Shown here piece by piece: positions 44,942-54,558 of a DNA stretch of 64,000 nt. Below the pieces are notes generated by a model. That model searched no databases, was not told the DNA's origin, and saw only the letters and a program-made list of their open reading frames with translations. The translations under genes were made by a program, and so were the position numbers. The first letter of the stretch is position 1. Each line of letters starts with the position of its first letter. Origin of the DNA: a virus; the IMG/VR virus record IMGVR_UViG_3300028844_006119, positions 78,187 through 142,186 of that record; one strand, 5' to 3'.

Positions 44942-45876
44942 TGGATGTCCCTGACCTATTCGACCAGAAGAGGAAGAAGGTCTCTGGGCTAAAGATGCCC
45001 AGGCAGTTTACTCCGCGGTTACCCGGCGCATCCACTAAGGGGCAGGCTCCCATAAACCCGTTCTCAGGAAATAAGATGAAGGTCGCATCCCTGTCTTCTT
45101 TCCGAGAAGCTCAGCTCATAAAGACTGCCTCTGCGGAAGACGCTCATCTCTACTTTGAGATGTGCAAGCTTGCGGATACTGGGGATGAGCTTAAGATTCG
45201 CATGTTCCTAGCGCAGCATCCTGAGATGGAGAAAGACGCTGGGATCATCGGCCACGGCTTCAGGCTGCTGAGTAAGGCCCTGGGAGGGGCAGGTAAGACT
45301 TTCAACAGTAGCCGCTTGACTGCCGCCGCAGGCAAAGCTGAATACGCAGCAGCAAAAAGGTTCAGCGGGGCGGCGGTAAATCCTAGAAACCTAGGGCAGG
45401 CCGCTAAGGAAACCCAGTACGCCTCTCTAGCGGGAGCTTCTGGTAAGCGGGGAGGGGAGCTCACCGCTGCCGCAAAAAACATCCGAGAAGCCAAAGCCGT
45501 CAAATCTCAGGTAAATGCTGGGCAGTTTGCTGCACCTGCTGCGGCTCCTGCTCCCTCTAACGTCGTCCCTGGCGCCCCTTCCGCGTTTAAGGGACAGCCG
45601 GACAAATATGTAAAGGCATATGCGGACGTCGGGGATGAGACAGCTAAGAGGACCCTGGCCGGCAGAGTAAGTGAGAAGCAGCTCGAAGCTGTCGCGAAGA
45701 CCGCTCCTACTCCTAAGACGGAGCTGCTCTCGAACAGTACTCTCGGCAAGGCCATCGTGGGCACGGCCGCCGTAGGCGGGGTCGGGGCTGTGGGCTACGG
45801 AGGCTACAAGGGCGTTCAGCGCGGAAAGGCGCAGAACCTGCAGCAGCAGGCTCGCGGGTTCAACTACGGGATGTAG
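44941..45876 (+). CDS. K-x-A protein with cationic amphipathic/Gly-zipper cargo
   Basis: KVAS, KTAS, KLAD, MEKDA|GIIGHGFRLLSKALGG; C-terminal GTAAVGGVGAVGYGGYK. Confidence 0.75.
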   Translation: MDVPDLFDQKRKKVSGLKMPRQFTPRLPGASTKGQAPINPFSGNKMKVASLSSFREAQLIKTASAEDAHLYFEMCKLADTGDELKIRMFLAQHPEMEKDAGIIGHGFRLLSKALGGAGKTFNSSRLTAAAGKAEYAAAKRFSGAAVNPRNLGQAAKETQYASLAGASGKRGGELTAAAKNIREAKAVKSQVNAGQFAAPAAAPAPSNVVPGAPSAFKGQPDKYVKAYADVGDETAKRTLAGRVSEKQLEAVAKTAPTPKTELLSNSTLGKAIVGTAAVGGVGAVGYGGYKGVQRGKAQNLQQQARGFNYGM

Positions 45877-46132
45877 ACACGGCTCTTAGGAGCCCTTCAG
45901 TGTCGAAGCTGGTAGACCTGCCTTTCTTCTCCGCCTGGCATACCTTCTTGCGCAGAGGGTCCATAGGCTCTGATGTCTGAGGGTCATAGATCCCCTCGTC
46001 CTCGATGGCCGTGTCGATAAGCGCGTACAGCACTTCCTTCTTGCTGACTTTCCTGTCCAGTCTCTCAGACAGGGTCCTGGCAGTTCGCTCCAGGTAGGCA
46101 GATTGGTGCTGATTAATCGTCATGGTCGGCAT
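45860..46132 (-). CDS. Small ribbon-helix-helix-like DNA-binding protein
   Basis: MTINQHQSAYLER...VSKKEVLYALID pattern. Confidence 0.5.
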   Translation of the reverse strand: MPTMTINQHQSAYLERTARTLSERLDRKVSKKEVLYALIDTAIEDEGIYDPQTSEPMDPLRKKVCQAEKKGRSTSFDTEGLLRAVSTSRS

Positions 46133-46145
46133 AAAAGTTCCACCT

Positions 46146-46173
46146 AAAAGACAGTGGGGTTTCCCCCACTGTC
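46146..46173 (-). terminator. Intrinsic terminator after VWA gene
   Basis: Minus strand gacagtgggg-gaaa-ccccactgtc-tttt. Confidence 0.8.
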
Positions 46174-46178
46174 AGACC

Positions 46179-48029
46179 TCATCGGCCCATGTGTGACTCA
46201 ATCATAACCCGAGCGCTCTCTTCGAGGGCCTTGGGCAGATCGGGTACGGTTGCTACAAGCCCGTAGCGCCCCACACCAAAGGCATTGTCGTAGTAGTCAG
46301 AGTTCTGAGATCCAATGCCCAGAATCGATACCACGATCCCATCTACTCGCATCTCCCGAAGGACTGCGTGAAGGTCTTCTACGGCGTTCCCGGTGCTTCT
46401 CCGCCCTCGGCAGCTAGTCGGGAACCCGTCTGTAATCATCAAGACGGCCCTATCTGTCTTGGCCGTCTTGGCCCATTCCCAGGCGGCATCCAAGGCCTGG
46501 ACCATAGAGGTCATCCCCATTGTAAGTCCGGGGACGTTCTTTGGGCTGCCCACCTTGGAGAAGAAGAAGAGCTCGGAAGAGAACCCCCAGAGCTGAAGTC
46601 GGACATTCACTCCCTTGCAGGCAAAGTCGATATTAGCGACTGCCTGGTCCAGGAGGTCCATGCCCCACCCAGCCATGGACCCGGACACGTCCATCAGGAC
46701 CAACAGGTCCATGCCTCCGTACTTACGAGTCTCCTTAAAGAGCTTGGTCGTAGAAAACGAGTTCGAGATCTTTGCGTTGATCACGGACTCAATGTCCAGG
46801 TCTTGCCCTGTCCAGGCCCTACGCATCTCCTTCTTCATCTTCACGTTCTCGAGATGCCTGCGCATGCGGGCCGCCCGAGGCGTGGGACTAGGAAGTCTCT
46901 GGGAGGGGGTGACCATAGATCCCCGAATGCCGGAGACCTTGGCTGCAGACAGGAGGATGTCCTCTTGCCCACGCTTTCGGCTCTTCTTAGCCTTCCCCAG
47001 CTCCTTCTTGGCTACCTGAATTCGGGAGAACATCTTCTCAGTCCCGCTCTTTAGGAGCTTCTCCAGGGAAGAGTCTTCCTTCGAGCCGTCCTTTCCGGTC
47101 TTGCTGTCATCGTCCTTGGCTGTCATCAGCTTCTGGATCTCAAGCAGCTTCTTGGCGGAGACCTTCTTCTTCCTCTTCCTGCCAGTAGGGTCATTCTCGG
47201 GCTGGAGGTCTTTCCCTCCAAGTGGATTGTCCTCGTTATCCCCGTGGCCTTTTCCCGAATCTCCCATGTTGGAGATGGCCTTGTTCAGCAGGTCCAGCTT
47301 CATCTGCTGCTGTTGCTGTCGGGTGCTGTTTTGCTGCGGATCTGGCGGGAACTGCTTCAACAGCTCATCGGCGATGTCGTCGACTAGGCGGGACGTAAGG
47401 GCAATACACGCCTTGTTGTCTACAAGCTCTACTCTCGAGCGAGCAATCTTCATATGCTTGGCACATGCCTTGAACTCATCGGGAGCGCCAGGGGTCTCCA
47501 CCCCGGCAGCGATTCTTCCCAGGTAGGAGATCAAGTCCTTCTCAGCCTGATCCTCCATGTCGTTTGCCGCAATGTCATGCCATCTCTGCCGAAGAAGGTC
47601 TGCACCTCCAGCGTACAGTTCTCCCCACACCGAACAGCACCGCCAGTCCTCCAGGACGTTCCACAGGTGATGAACCAGGCCCTCCAGCTTAGCTGTATAG
47701 GGAATGGCGTCCGGGTGGGTCTTGGGAATGCTGGCTTTCTTCAGTAGCCGCTCTACCGCCTTCTCACGGAAAGCCTCCGTCAGCTCGAGGTCTGTGCCCC
47801 CGAATGGGTGGCTGATCTCATGCTCCAGGATGAGGTATGCCTCCGGGTCTTGGAGAGGCACCCGGAAGAATGTGGCGCAGTCTGTGCTTCCAGACGGGGC
47901 ATTGACCAGGTCAAAGTCCTTCCCCATCATCTTAGAGAAGGTGGCCGTGAGGATCTGCATACGTTCCAGCAGTTCCCCAGGCGTCCCTCCCATTGCCCCC
48001 AGGTCGAGGGGGGTTCGATTACCAGTCAT
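46179..48029 (-). CDS. VWA-domain protein with N-terminal HExxH metallopeptidase-like motif (CobT/MoxR-partner type)
   Basis: HEISH...NVLEDWR; MIDAS DVSGSM; MITDGFP; ILGIG. Confidence 0.85.
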   Translation of the reverse strand: MTGNRTPLDLGAMGGTPGELLERMQILTATFSKMMGKDFDLVNAPSGSTDCATFFRVPLQDPEAYLILEHEISHPFGGTDLELTEAFREKAVERLLKKASIPKTHPDAIPYTAKLEGLVHHLWNVLEDWRCCSVWGELYAGGADLLRQRWHDIAANDMEDQAEKDLISYLGRIAAGVETPGAPDEFKACAKHMKIARSRVELVDNKACIALTSRLVDDIADELLKQFPPDPQQNSTRQQQQQMKLDLLNKAISNMGDSGKGHGDNEDNPLGGKDLQPENDPTGRKRKKKVSAKKLLEIQKLMTAKDDDSKTGKDGSKEDSSLEKLLKSGTEKMFSRIQVAKKELGKAKKSRKRGQEDILLSAAKVSGIRGSMVTPSQRLPSPTPRAARMRRHLENVKMKKEMRRAWTGQDLDIESVINAKISNSFSTTKLFKETRKYGGMDLLVLMDVSGSMAGWGMDLLDQAVANIDFACKGVNVRLQLWGFSSELFFFSKVGSPKNVPGLTMGMTSMVQALDAAWEWAKTAKTDRAVLMITDGFPTSCRGRRSTGNAVEDLHAVLREMRVDGIVVSILGIGSQNSDYYDNAFGVGRYGLVATVPDLPKALEESARVMIESHMGR

Positions 48030-48372
48030 TTTCTTTCTTCATCCTCTCCTTAATTGCCCCAGCGATTGCCCAGGCCTTTGGCTTGCGCCGGTAGCTGATG
48101 ACGGTCCAGTGCCCCATGGGGGCATCGGACTCGAGCATGGACGTCACATCCTCCGTGTACTGCTCCTGGGCCTCCGCCTCGCACTGTCGGAGTAGCTTAC
48201 TGCTCCTTCGAGACCGCTCCATTCTGCGAAGTTCGCCCTCCAAGAGATACTCCGCTTCCTCCTCTACGCAGGTGTTGAGATACTGAAGGACCGAGTCCAT
48301 GTCGGCCTTCCTTGCCCGGTTGGTGAACCACCCGGTCAGCTCTTCGAAAGTACCGAACATGCGGGCTCCCAT
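48019..48372 (-). CDS. Hypothetical protein between AAA and VWA genes
   Basis: Overlaps both neighbours in an operon arrangement. Confidence 0.6.
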   Translation of the reverse strand: MGARMFGTFEELTGWFTNRARKADMDSVLQYLNTCVEEEAEYLLEGELRRMERSRRSSKLLRQCEAEAQEQYTEDVTSMLESDAPMGHWTVISYRRKPKAWAIAGAIKERMKKENDW

Positions 48373-49229
48373 AGCTTCACGTTAGCGATGTTGACGGAGA
48401 AGATGCTCTGAATTCGAGCTCGAATCTTGTCCCTATGGTCCGGCTCGAACTTGGCCTCCAGGATGCGAAACATCCTCTCCTTCCCGATTCGCTCTGTAAG
48501 GCGGACCAGGTAGCAGAGGTCACGAGTGGAGAGGGCGTAGTCCCATTCCCCGGTACGAGATTCTCCCGCCAGGGTCAGTAGACGGCTGACGAGTCTCCGC
48601 TCATTGACCGCTGCGGGAGAAGAGAACTGCGCCTCCAGTAGCCGGGACTCGTCCTTTTCGTCCATGTACGAGACTTCCGCGAAGTTAAAGCGCGACTGCA
48701 ACGCCTCGTTCAAGGAGTAAGTGCCGCCATAGCCCGGGTTCATCGTACCGACGATCCAGAACTGACAGCCCTTGTTCACCTTGAAGGTCTTGCCCAGGAA
48801 CGGGGCTTCTACTGCACGCCGGAAGTCAGCGACGCTGAACAGGGCGGAGTGCATCTCTGGGCGGAGGGTGTTGATCTCCTCCAAGATCAGAACGCATGCG
48901 CCAGTCTCATTCGCCACCTCGATGGCAGTAGTCAGGGTGCCCAGCGTAAAGAAAACGCTGTCTCCCTGCATGCCGAAGGTGCCGATCAGGTCCCGCGTGT
49001 CTGTCTCGCTGTTGCAGTTCTGCCGGACACGGGACGCGCCAATCTCCGAGCAGAACTCTTCGATGGCCAAGGTCTTGCCCGTGCCCTTGGGGCCCTTCAG
49101 GATTAGAGGATCTCCCCAGGCCAACTCCTCCAGGGTCCCCACAATTCCAGTATCCACGAACAGGTCGTCGTGGTCAGGTACCAGGTCTTCGGCGCTAAGC
49201 CGTACGAATGGAATATCTCCCATTTTCAT
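48336..49229 (-). CDS. MoxR/CbbQ-like AAA+ ATPase
   Basis: Walker A GPKGTGKT; DLIG; Walker B variant LILEEIN; GTMNPGYGG..LNEALQSRF; STR. Confidence 0.88.
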   Translation of the reverse strand: MKMGDIPFVRLSAEDLVPDHDDLFVDTGIVGTLEELAWGDPLILKGPKGTGKTLAIEEFCSEIGASRVRQNCNSETDTRDLIGTFGMQGDSVFFTLGTLTTAIEVANETGACVLILEEINTLRPEMHSALFSVADFRRAVEAPFLGKTFKVNKGCQFWIVGTMNPGYGGTYSLNEALQSRFNFAEVSYMDEKDESRLLEAQFSSPAAVNERRLVSRLLTLAGESRTGEWDYALSTRDLCYLVRLTERIGKERMFRILEAKFEPDHRDKIRARIQSIFSVNIANVKLWEPACSVLSKS

Positions 49230-49263
49230 CTCCGAGTGCTATGTGGTTCGTTCCACAAAACTC

Positions 49264-49289
49264 TTATGACGCGCATCTTCGATTTTTGT
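49264..49289 (-). promoter_or_regulatory. Phage promoter-like motif (acaaaa-N13-GTCATAA)
   Basis: 35 nt upstream of the AAA ATG. Confidence 0.6.
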
Positions 49290-49335
49290 GCTAACAAATA
49301 TTGCGCTGTGCTCACACTCTGGATACCCTGACCCC

Positions 49336-49593
49336 ATGGAAGATCCCAAAGACGACGACATCGACCTCTCTGCGATGAGCAAGGAGCAGGTCCTCGCGGG
49401 TGTCGGGGACCTGCTCATGACTATGCTGGGCTCGAACAGGCTTGCAGTCGTAGCAATGAGCGGGAAGGGGGCCGTCACCTTCCTCAATCCCCTGCTCGCC
49501 CTACACATCCCCCCGGAAGAGCTGGCGCGAGTTCTCCTGGAGTCCTGGGATGACACCGAGGTGGAGGAGCTTCTCGCACATGTCTACGAATAA
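49336..49593 (+). CDS. Hypothetical protein
   Basis: Acidic small ORF; start at ATG 49336 inferred. Confidence 0.55.
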   Translation: MEDPKDDDIDLSAMSKEQVLAGVGDLLMTMLGSNRLAVVAMSGKGAVTFLNPLLALHIPPEELARVLLESWDDTEVEELLAHVYE

Positions 49594-49906
49594 TGTCTTC
49601 CCCCTGTGGAAGAAGACGGGCTGCATCCCGGCCCCTAAGATGGAAGGAGACCGAGTCTCTCTCGGCCTTCTCCAGTCCATGCTTGCCCGGCAGGTGGGCA
49701 GACACGAGACCTTCTCCGATGAACTATTGGAGGAGATGGAGATGACCATTCAGAAGGTCATCACAGACGAGACATCTATTGATTTCTCCGAGAGCGAGAA
49801 ACACCTCTGCGTGGATATCCTCTCGGAATGTGCCCGCGGTGTCTTTGGCTACACCCTGTACTTGCCCAAGAAGTGGCTGGGGCACCTGCGTAAAAAGGAC
49901 GAGTAA
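49580..49906 (+). CDS. Hypothetical protein
   Basis: GGAGG RBS before ATG 49580. Confidence 0.6.
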   Translation: MSTNNVFPLWKKTGCIPAPKMEGDRVSLGLLQSMLARQVGRHETFSDELLEEMEMTIQKVITDETSIDFSESEKHLCVDILSECARGVFGYTLYLPKKWLGHLRKKDE

Positions 49907-49917
49907 CGCGGTCACAA
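49890..49917 (+). promoter_or_regulatory. Variant of the phage promoter motif (gtaaaa-N15-GTCACAA) before the ParB-like gene
   Basis: One mismatch to GTCATAA; 42 nt upstream of ATG 49959. Confidence 0.45.
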
Positions 49918-49958
49918 TACTATTGCCCGGCAACTTAACCCCTGGAGCAAGAGGAAAA

Positions 49959-50783
49959 ATGAGCCTGTTTGATACCAATACGACAGAGATTCCTGCAGAA
50001 GAAATCCAAATCGGAGCATCGATCTCCAACATCAGGACGTACTTCGATCGAGAGAGGATCGAAGAGTTGGCAGAGGCCATCAAGCGTGATGGCCTTATGG
50101 TCCCTCTGATCGTGATGCCCGGAGAAGATGAAGACGGAGAGCCCATCGTAGAGCTTGTCGCGGGAGAGCGACGTCTTCAGGCCATCAGAATGATTCGTCG
50201 AGAGGACGATGAGTTCCTGGAGAACGGCATTCCCTGCGTCACCTTCGCAGGCACCGTTCACGAGGCTCGGTACGTAAATGCGAGTGAGAACATCGACCGC
50301 GAGGATGTCGATGAGGTGGACATCTCGGCGTGGATCTACGGCTGCACGCAGGACGGAGTGATCCAGTCTGAGATTGCAGATCGTCTACATCGGTCTGCTA
50401 GCTGGGTTTCTCAGCGAGTCACCTTCCACGACCAGGCCAGTGACGAAGTCAAGCAGGCCCTCCGAGAAGGATGGATTGGCTTCATCGCAGCGTATGAGCT
50501 GGCAAAGAACCTGAGCAAGGAAGACCAGGTCAAGTGGCTCGAGAAGGCACGCAAGCACAACGAAAAGATCACGGTCGAGGATGCGCGCAACTCTGCGGAC
50601 AAGGACAAGGAGAAGAAGCCCGGCAAGAAGGCCCGGCGCAAGATCCTTCAGCGTGCCGATAAGTGCGCAGACGAGAAGGGCTCAGAAGTCGCCCGAGGCC
50701 TCGCCCACTCCCTTCGTTGGGTAGACGGGGACATCAGTGATGATGAGGTCGATGAGATCCTCTCCTTCGAGGAGTCTAAGTGA
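49959..50783 (+). CDS. parB: ParB/Spo0J-like protein
   Basis: IEELAEAIKRDGLMVPLIV...LVAGERRLQA; ENIDRED; HTH IQSEIADRLHRSASWVSQR. Confidence 0.85.
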   Translation: MSLFDTNTTEIPAEEIQIGASISNIRTYFDRERIEELAEAIKRDGLMVPLIVMPGEDEDGEPIVELVAGERRLQAIRMIRREDDEFLENGIPCVTFAGTVHEARYVNASENIDREDVDEVDISAWIYGCTQDGVIQSEIADRLHRSASWVSQRVTFHDQASDEVKQALREGWIGFIAAYELAKNLSKEDQVKWLEKARKHNEKITVEDARNSADKDKEKKPGKKARRKILQRADKCADEKGSEVARGLAHSLRWVDGDISDDEVDEILSFEESK

Positions 50784-50938
50784 GTCTGCTAGAGCGCTTC
50801 CCTACGGCAGGACTCCCCGTCCTCGCCTACTGGAAGATCGGTCCATCGTCCATCGGGATCTTTGAGATCTTGAATATGGGAAACCACATGCGAGCGGTGA
50901 GAATCGGGATCCTGTAGGGATCCGATAGACCAAAGAAG

Positions 50939-50978
50939 AATGCCCCCAGGACTGTAAGGTCCTGGGGGCATTGCTTTT
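50939..50978. terminator. Bidirectional terminator
   Basis: aatgcccccaggac-tgtaag-gtcctgggggcatt between convergent genes, A/T-rich flanks. Confidence 0.75.
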
Positions 50979-50997
50979 GGGGATTCTTTAGCTGGAG

Positions 50998-53058
50998 TTA
51001 TGCGGGCCAGTTGGCTCCGGCACCTGCTGCGACAGCGAGGCCAGGGAAGCTGTTGATCCATGCCCCAGTAATCACAAGCTCTACGTTGTGGAAACTACTG
51101 TGCGCTCCGCCAGTGCCCAACACGAACCCACAGTTGACCTCAATCAGGGAGTCGTCGGGGGTCTGCATTGCTACGGCGTTTGATCCGTGCGACCCGGCGG
51201 GGAGAGCAACTGGGCGATTTCCGCCCAGATCCCACCCCAGAATCCCAGTAGACAGGTCTACGTTGGACGCGGGATCACTACTGGTGATGTTTGCCCTTCC
51301 CGAAGGAATTAGATAGCGCTTGGTCACGCCGTCGATGGGATCGTCTGCGACGAATACAGACAGGTGCACCATGAAGTGGAGATGCTCATCCGAAGACATG
51401 GAGGAATCTGCGCCCCTCTTCGTGGCGAAGCACACCTTGTTGGTACTTCCGTCGCTGAACATCACTGCGGGATGCCAGGACGATGGGATAGTGCCTGTGG
51501 TGTTATCCAGGAACCCTGCGAAGGAGATGTCGTAGCGATACCCCGGTTCCATAGAGAGGTCGGTCTTCAGATCTGTTATGAAGAACTCAGTCCCTCCTCC
51601 CGCGGTGCTGATCTCATCCGAGAAGACTGCCTGACCGCCTCCACCGACTGCTGCCCATACGGAGCCGCTGCCGTCCTCCGTAGTAACTGCGCCGGTCAGG
51701 CCTAGAGTGGCCTCTCCCTCTACGGCAGCAATAGCGTCGGCGTTGGAGTAGCCTGCTACGGGGATCCACATTGAGGTGGCATTGTCCCAAGACAGCAGCT
51801 GAGTATCCGCCGGACTGGGAGCGTTGACGTCTGTCAGCGCATTGAGAGTCGTTGCCCCCAGAGCAAGAGTAGTAGGCTGCCACTCCGTGGACCCATTCAC
51901 CCAGGTGAGTACCTGGGCATCGGTAGGGGCAGGAGAGTTTACGTCGCTCAAGTCGTTCAGCGCCCCGTGTCCCAGAATGGTGGACACGCTGGAAACTTCA
52001 AACTCCCCGGAGCTCTGGTCGTAGATCAGAACGTTGTTATCTGCCACTCCAGAGGTATCGCCAACGTCGCTCAGGTCGCTGAGCTGAGACGCGCCACCAC
52101 CGCCGGACCCTGCAGCCCAAACGGCCTTGGCACCGTCCCACTGTAGGTAGTGACTGGTGGTGTGAGTAGACTGGCCGATCTTCGTAACATGCCCGTCCCC
52201 GTCGAAGCTGAGGGCGGCAGTGCCTCCGCCTTCCTTTAGCGATCCTCCGTCGTTCAGAACGATGTCGTTGTCGAAGGTTGCCTCTCCAGTAAAGACGGAG
52301 GTTCCGGTGACTGCCAGAGTTCCAGGAACGAGAACCTCTCGGACATCCAAGCTCAGGTCCTGATCCGCAAAGGCCGCCACATCTCCAATAGTGATGTTGT
52401 TCGAGGAGGCGAAATCCGTGGCGAAGAGTGTGTGCCCGGACTGCGTCTGCACCGTAAGCTCTGCACCGTCCTTGACTGTCAGAGCAAGTCCCGTAGAGGA
52501 CAGGGTGACCTTTGAGTCGGCGCCCCACAATCGGGTCTCGACGGCAGTGACGCTGCCGACGTAGACATTGCGGGCACCAGAAGTTGCCACGTAAACGGGG
52601 TCGACGGATGAGGGCTCTCCCAGGTAGACGGAGCTGCCCTTGATGGTGGTGTTCCCGCCAGAGCTGTCAATCTCTACGTTTCCTACGCCAGTCAGGGAGA
52701 CTGTAGAGTCCGAGGCAACGTCAATCGCTCCACCCTTTACCTGGGTAGTCTGGGTGGCCATGCCCGTCAGGCCGAGGGTCAGGAACTCTGCGCCATCGGT
52801 AGTATCCGCGCGCATGTAGTAGTTAGCTCCCTCGTACACGGCGAAGGCGTACGCAGGTACTCCCCCAGAGCCATAATTATCGCTGATTGCGATGTGCGTC
52901 TGAGTGGCTCCACCGCCCAAGGCGGTGGTTACATCGGATGAGTCCGTGAAGTAGAAGCTGGTGCCGTCCGTCCACAGAGACAGGGTGCTTGCCCCTACTC
53001 CCGTGGGAGTGACGGTGGACTTAAATACGAACTGATGGGCGAGAACTTTTCCTGCCAT
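50998..53058 (-). CDS. Tail fiber-like protein
   Basis: Ser/Thr/Gly-rich beta repeats; three L[SN]xL[ST]DV...VL.[WY] fiber repeats. Confidence 0.65.
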   Translation of the reverse strand: MAGKVLAHQFVFKSTVTPTGVGASTLSLWTDGTSFYFTDSSDVTTALGGGATQTHIAISDNYGSGGVPAYAFAVYEGANYYMRADTTDGAEFLTLGLTGMATQTTQVKGGAIDVASDSTVSLTGVGNVEIDSSGGNTTIKGSSVYLGEPSSVDPVYVATSGARNVYVGSVTAVETRLWGADSKVTLSSTGLALTVKDGAELTVQTQSGHTLFATDFASSNNITIGDVAAFADQDLSLDVREVLVPGTLAVTGTSVFTGEATFDNDIVLNDGGSLKEGGGTAALSFDGDGHVTKIGQSTHTTSHYLQWDGAKAVWAAGSGGGGASQLSDLSDVGDTSGVADNNVLIYDQSSGEFEVSSVSTILGHGALNDLSDVNSPAPTDAQVLTWVNGSTEWQPTTLALGATTLNALTDVNAPSPADTQLLSWDNATSMWIPVAGYSNADAIAAVEGEATLGLTGAVTTEDGSGSVWAAVGGGGQAVFSDEISTAGGGTEFFITDLKTDLSMEPGYRYDISFAGFLDNTTGTIPSSWHPAVMFSDGSTNKVCFATKRGADSSMSSDEHLHFMVHLSVFVADDPIDGVTKRYLIPSGRANITSSDPASNVDLSTGILGWDLGGNRPVALPAGSHGSNAVAMQTPDDSLIEVNCGFVLGTGGAHSSFHNVELVITGAWINSFPGLAVAAGAGANWPA

Positions 53059-53124
53059 GAGAGACCTCGAGCGAAAGTTAGAAGGTTCGGTACTGCGAGA
53101 TCTTCACAGCAAGCGTAAGAAACA

Positions 53125-54066
53125 TCAGGCCGATACCTCAAACTGCAGCTCTACTCTAACGCCTTCCGCATCGCTAGCGCCAGACGCGGTTAGGTCGATA
53201 GACCAGGTCTCCAGGTCCGAGAACTGCAGCAACGAGGCAGTGCCCGTCAAAGGCACGTTCAGCACAGTATTTGCTGTCAGGGTATTCATGTCTACCGCCC
53301 CACTCAACACGGAAGCAGTTGTGGAGTCTTTGATGTCTAACTCAAGAGTACCCACGGTGTTTTGAGTGCTGCAGATGACCCGTACCTTAGTGAGAACGGT
53401 ATTGTCGGAGTTTACCCAGCCATTGTAGGTCTTTACGGCCGACGGAGTTGGGTCTCCCAGATCGACTCGGTGAGTGTCGATCCGAGGAGATCTGCTTTCC
53501 CATGAGGGGTACGCCCCAGGACCATTGGTCTGTAAGACCTTCCCTGCCGTACCTGCCGCAAGACGGACCCAAGAGCTACCGTCAAAGTACAGGACGTCGC
53601 CCTGAGTCTGCCCAGAGATCTCTAGAGGGTAATCGCCCGACAGAACGTACCCATCTACTACATCTAAGACGCCGTCCACGTCGATGGTGTCGCGTCTTAC
53701 TTCCTGAGGCCAATCACTTGCCAGGGAGACGTCGACCGTGATCGTCTCTGACGAGGTGATCTTGGTGACATCAATCCACTTGTCTGCGGTACCGGAGGTA
53801 GCAGAGCTTGTGCCCCCGAACCCGATCTGAAGCCACCGACCAACTGCCGTAGCGGGAGTGATCACGGTCAGCCCGTCATCGACCGCAACGGACTCTAGGT
53901 CGTATGCGTAAATGCCATTCAGGTCTCTGACGTGGATCAGGGTGCCGTCCCAGATATCATTGGGGGCCAGAGCCGCCAGCTGAGTCAGATCGTCCACGCC
54001 AGGCCGGAAGATGTCTGCGCTGACCAGGCCCGTTCGGTGTGCGCGTCTGTGGATGCTCCGGCTCAT
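53125..54066 (-). CDS. Tail fiber/tailspike-associated protein
   Basis: DDGLTVITP...GRWL domain and GDVLYFDGSSWVRLAAGTAGKVLQTNG repeat typical of fiber proteins. Confidence 0.55.
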   Translation of the reverse strand: MSRSIHRRAHRTGLVSADIFRPGVDDLTQLAALAPNDIWDGTLIHVRDLNGIYAYDLESVAVDDGLTVITPATAVGRWLQIGFGGTSSATSGTADKWIDVTKITSSETITVDVSLASDWPQEVRRDTIDVDGVLDVVDGYVLSGDYPLEISGQTQGDVLYFDGSSWVRLAAGTAGKVLQTNGPGAYPSWESRSPRIDTHRVDLGDPTPSAVKTYNGWVNSDNTVLTKVRVICSTQNTVGTLELDIKDSTTASVLSGAVDMNTLTANTVLNVPLTGTASLLQFSDLETWSIDLTASGASDAEGVRVELQFEVSA

Positions 54067-54482
54067 ACCGGTACCACCAAGCCAAGCCACGCCTCGAGAG
54101 TGGTAGCTGTGTCCGCCCCATAGCTGACATTGGTCACCTGCACGTAGATGCGATCCATGCCCTGCACTTCGATAGTGGAAACATCGTCAGCGTTGATCGT
54201 CAGCGTCTCGCCTTTGTGCCACCGGCCGCTGATGGGGGAATACCACCAGATCTGGAGCGTGTAGTACGCTGTGGGCTCAGTGGAGGTCAGGTTGAAGAAC
54301 AGATGCAGGAACTCGTTTCGCTGCAGCAAGATGCCATCGCCCGAGGCCGAGGGCTCATCGGTAAGTCTAGTAGAGGAGGGGATGTCCCCCAGGTAGGGCT
54401 GATCAGTCCCAACATTCAGGAGCCTGCGGTCGGCCGCCGTGTCACCGGCAATCCCCGTGCGGGTGTAAACTTTCTTGGGCAT
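54063..54482 (-). CDS. Hypothetical beta-rich virion protein
   Basis: AGGAG RBS; coupled to fiber genes. Confidence 0.65.
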   Translation of the reverse strand: MPKKVYTRTGIAGDTAADRRLLNVGTDQPYLGDIPSSTRLTDEPSASGDGILLQRNEFLHLFFNLTSTEPTAYYTLQIWWYSPISGRWHKGETLTINADDVSTIEVQGMDRIYVQVTNVSYGADTATTLEAWLGLVVPV

Positions 54483-54558
54483 CGTGTAAGCTCCTAAGAT
54501 TTCGCAGGCCTAATCATATCTCATTGAAGTAAATGGTGCAGTCTGCTTACGGCGTGGG

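Noticed and set aside
2538-45876. Leader peptides as bacteriocin/RiPP precursors
   Set aside because: No double-glycine site, ABC/peptidase exporter or modifying enzymes in the window; location among head genes and shared K-x-A with scaffold-like proteins favour virion processing
44941-45876. Tape measure protein after the tail tube
   Set aside because: Only 311 aa and fits the K-x-A cargo pattern; no tape measure gene is identifiable in this window
46128-46134. GGCATAA on the + strand
   Set aside because: Coincides with the reverse complement of the start codon of 45860..46132, and no + strand gene follows; likely chance
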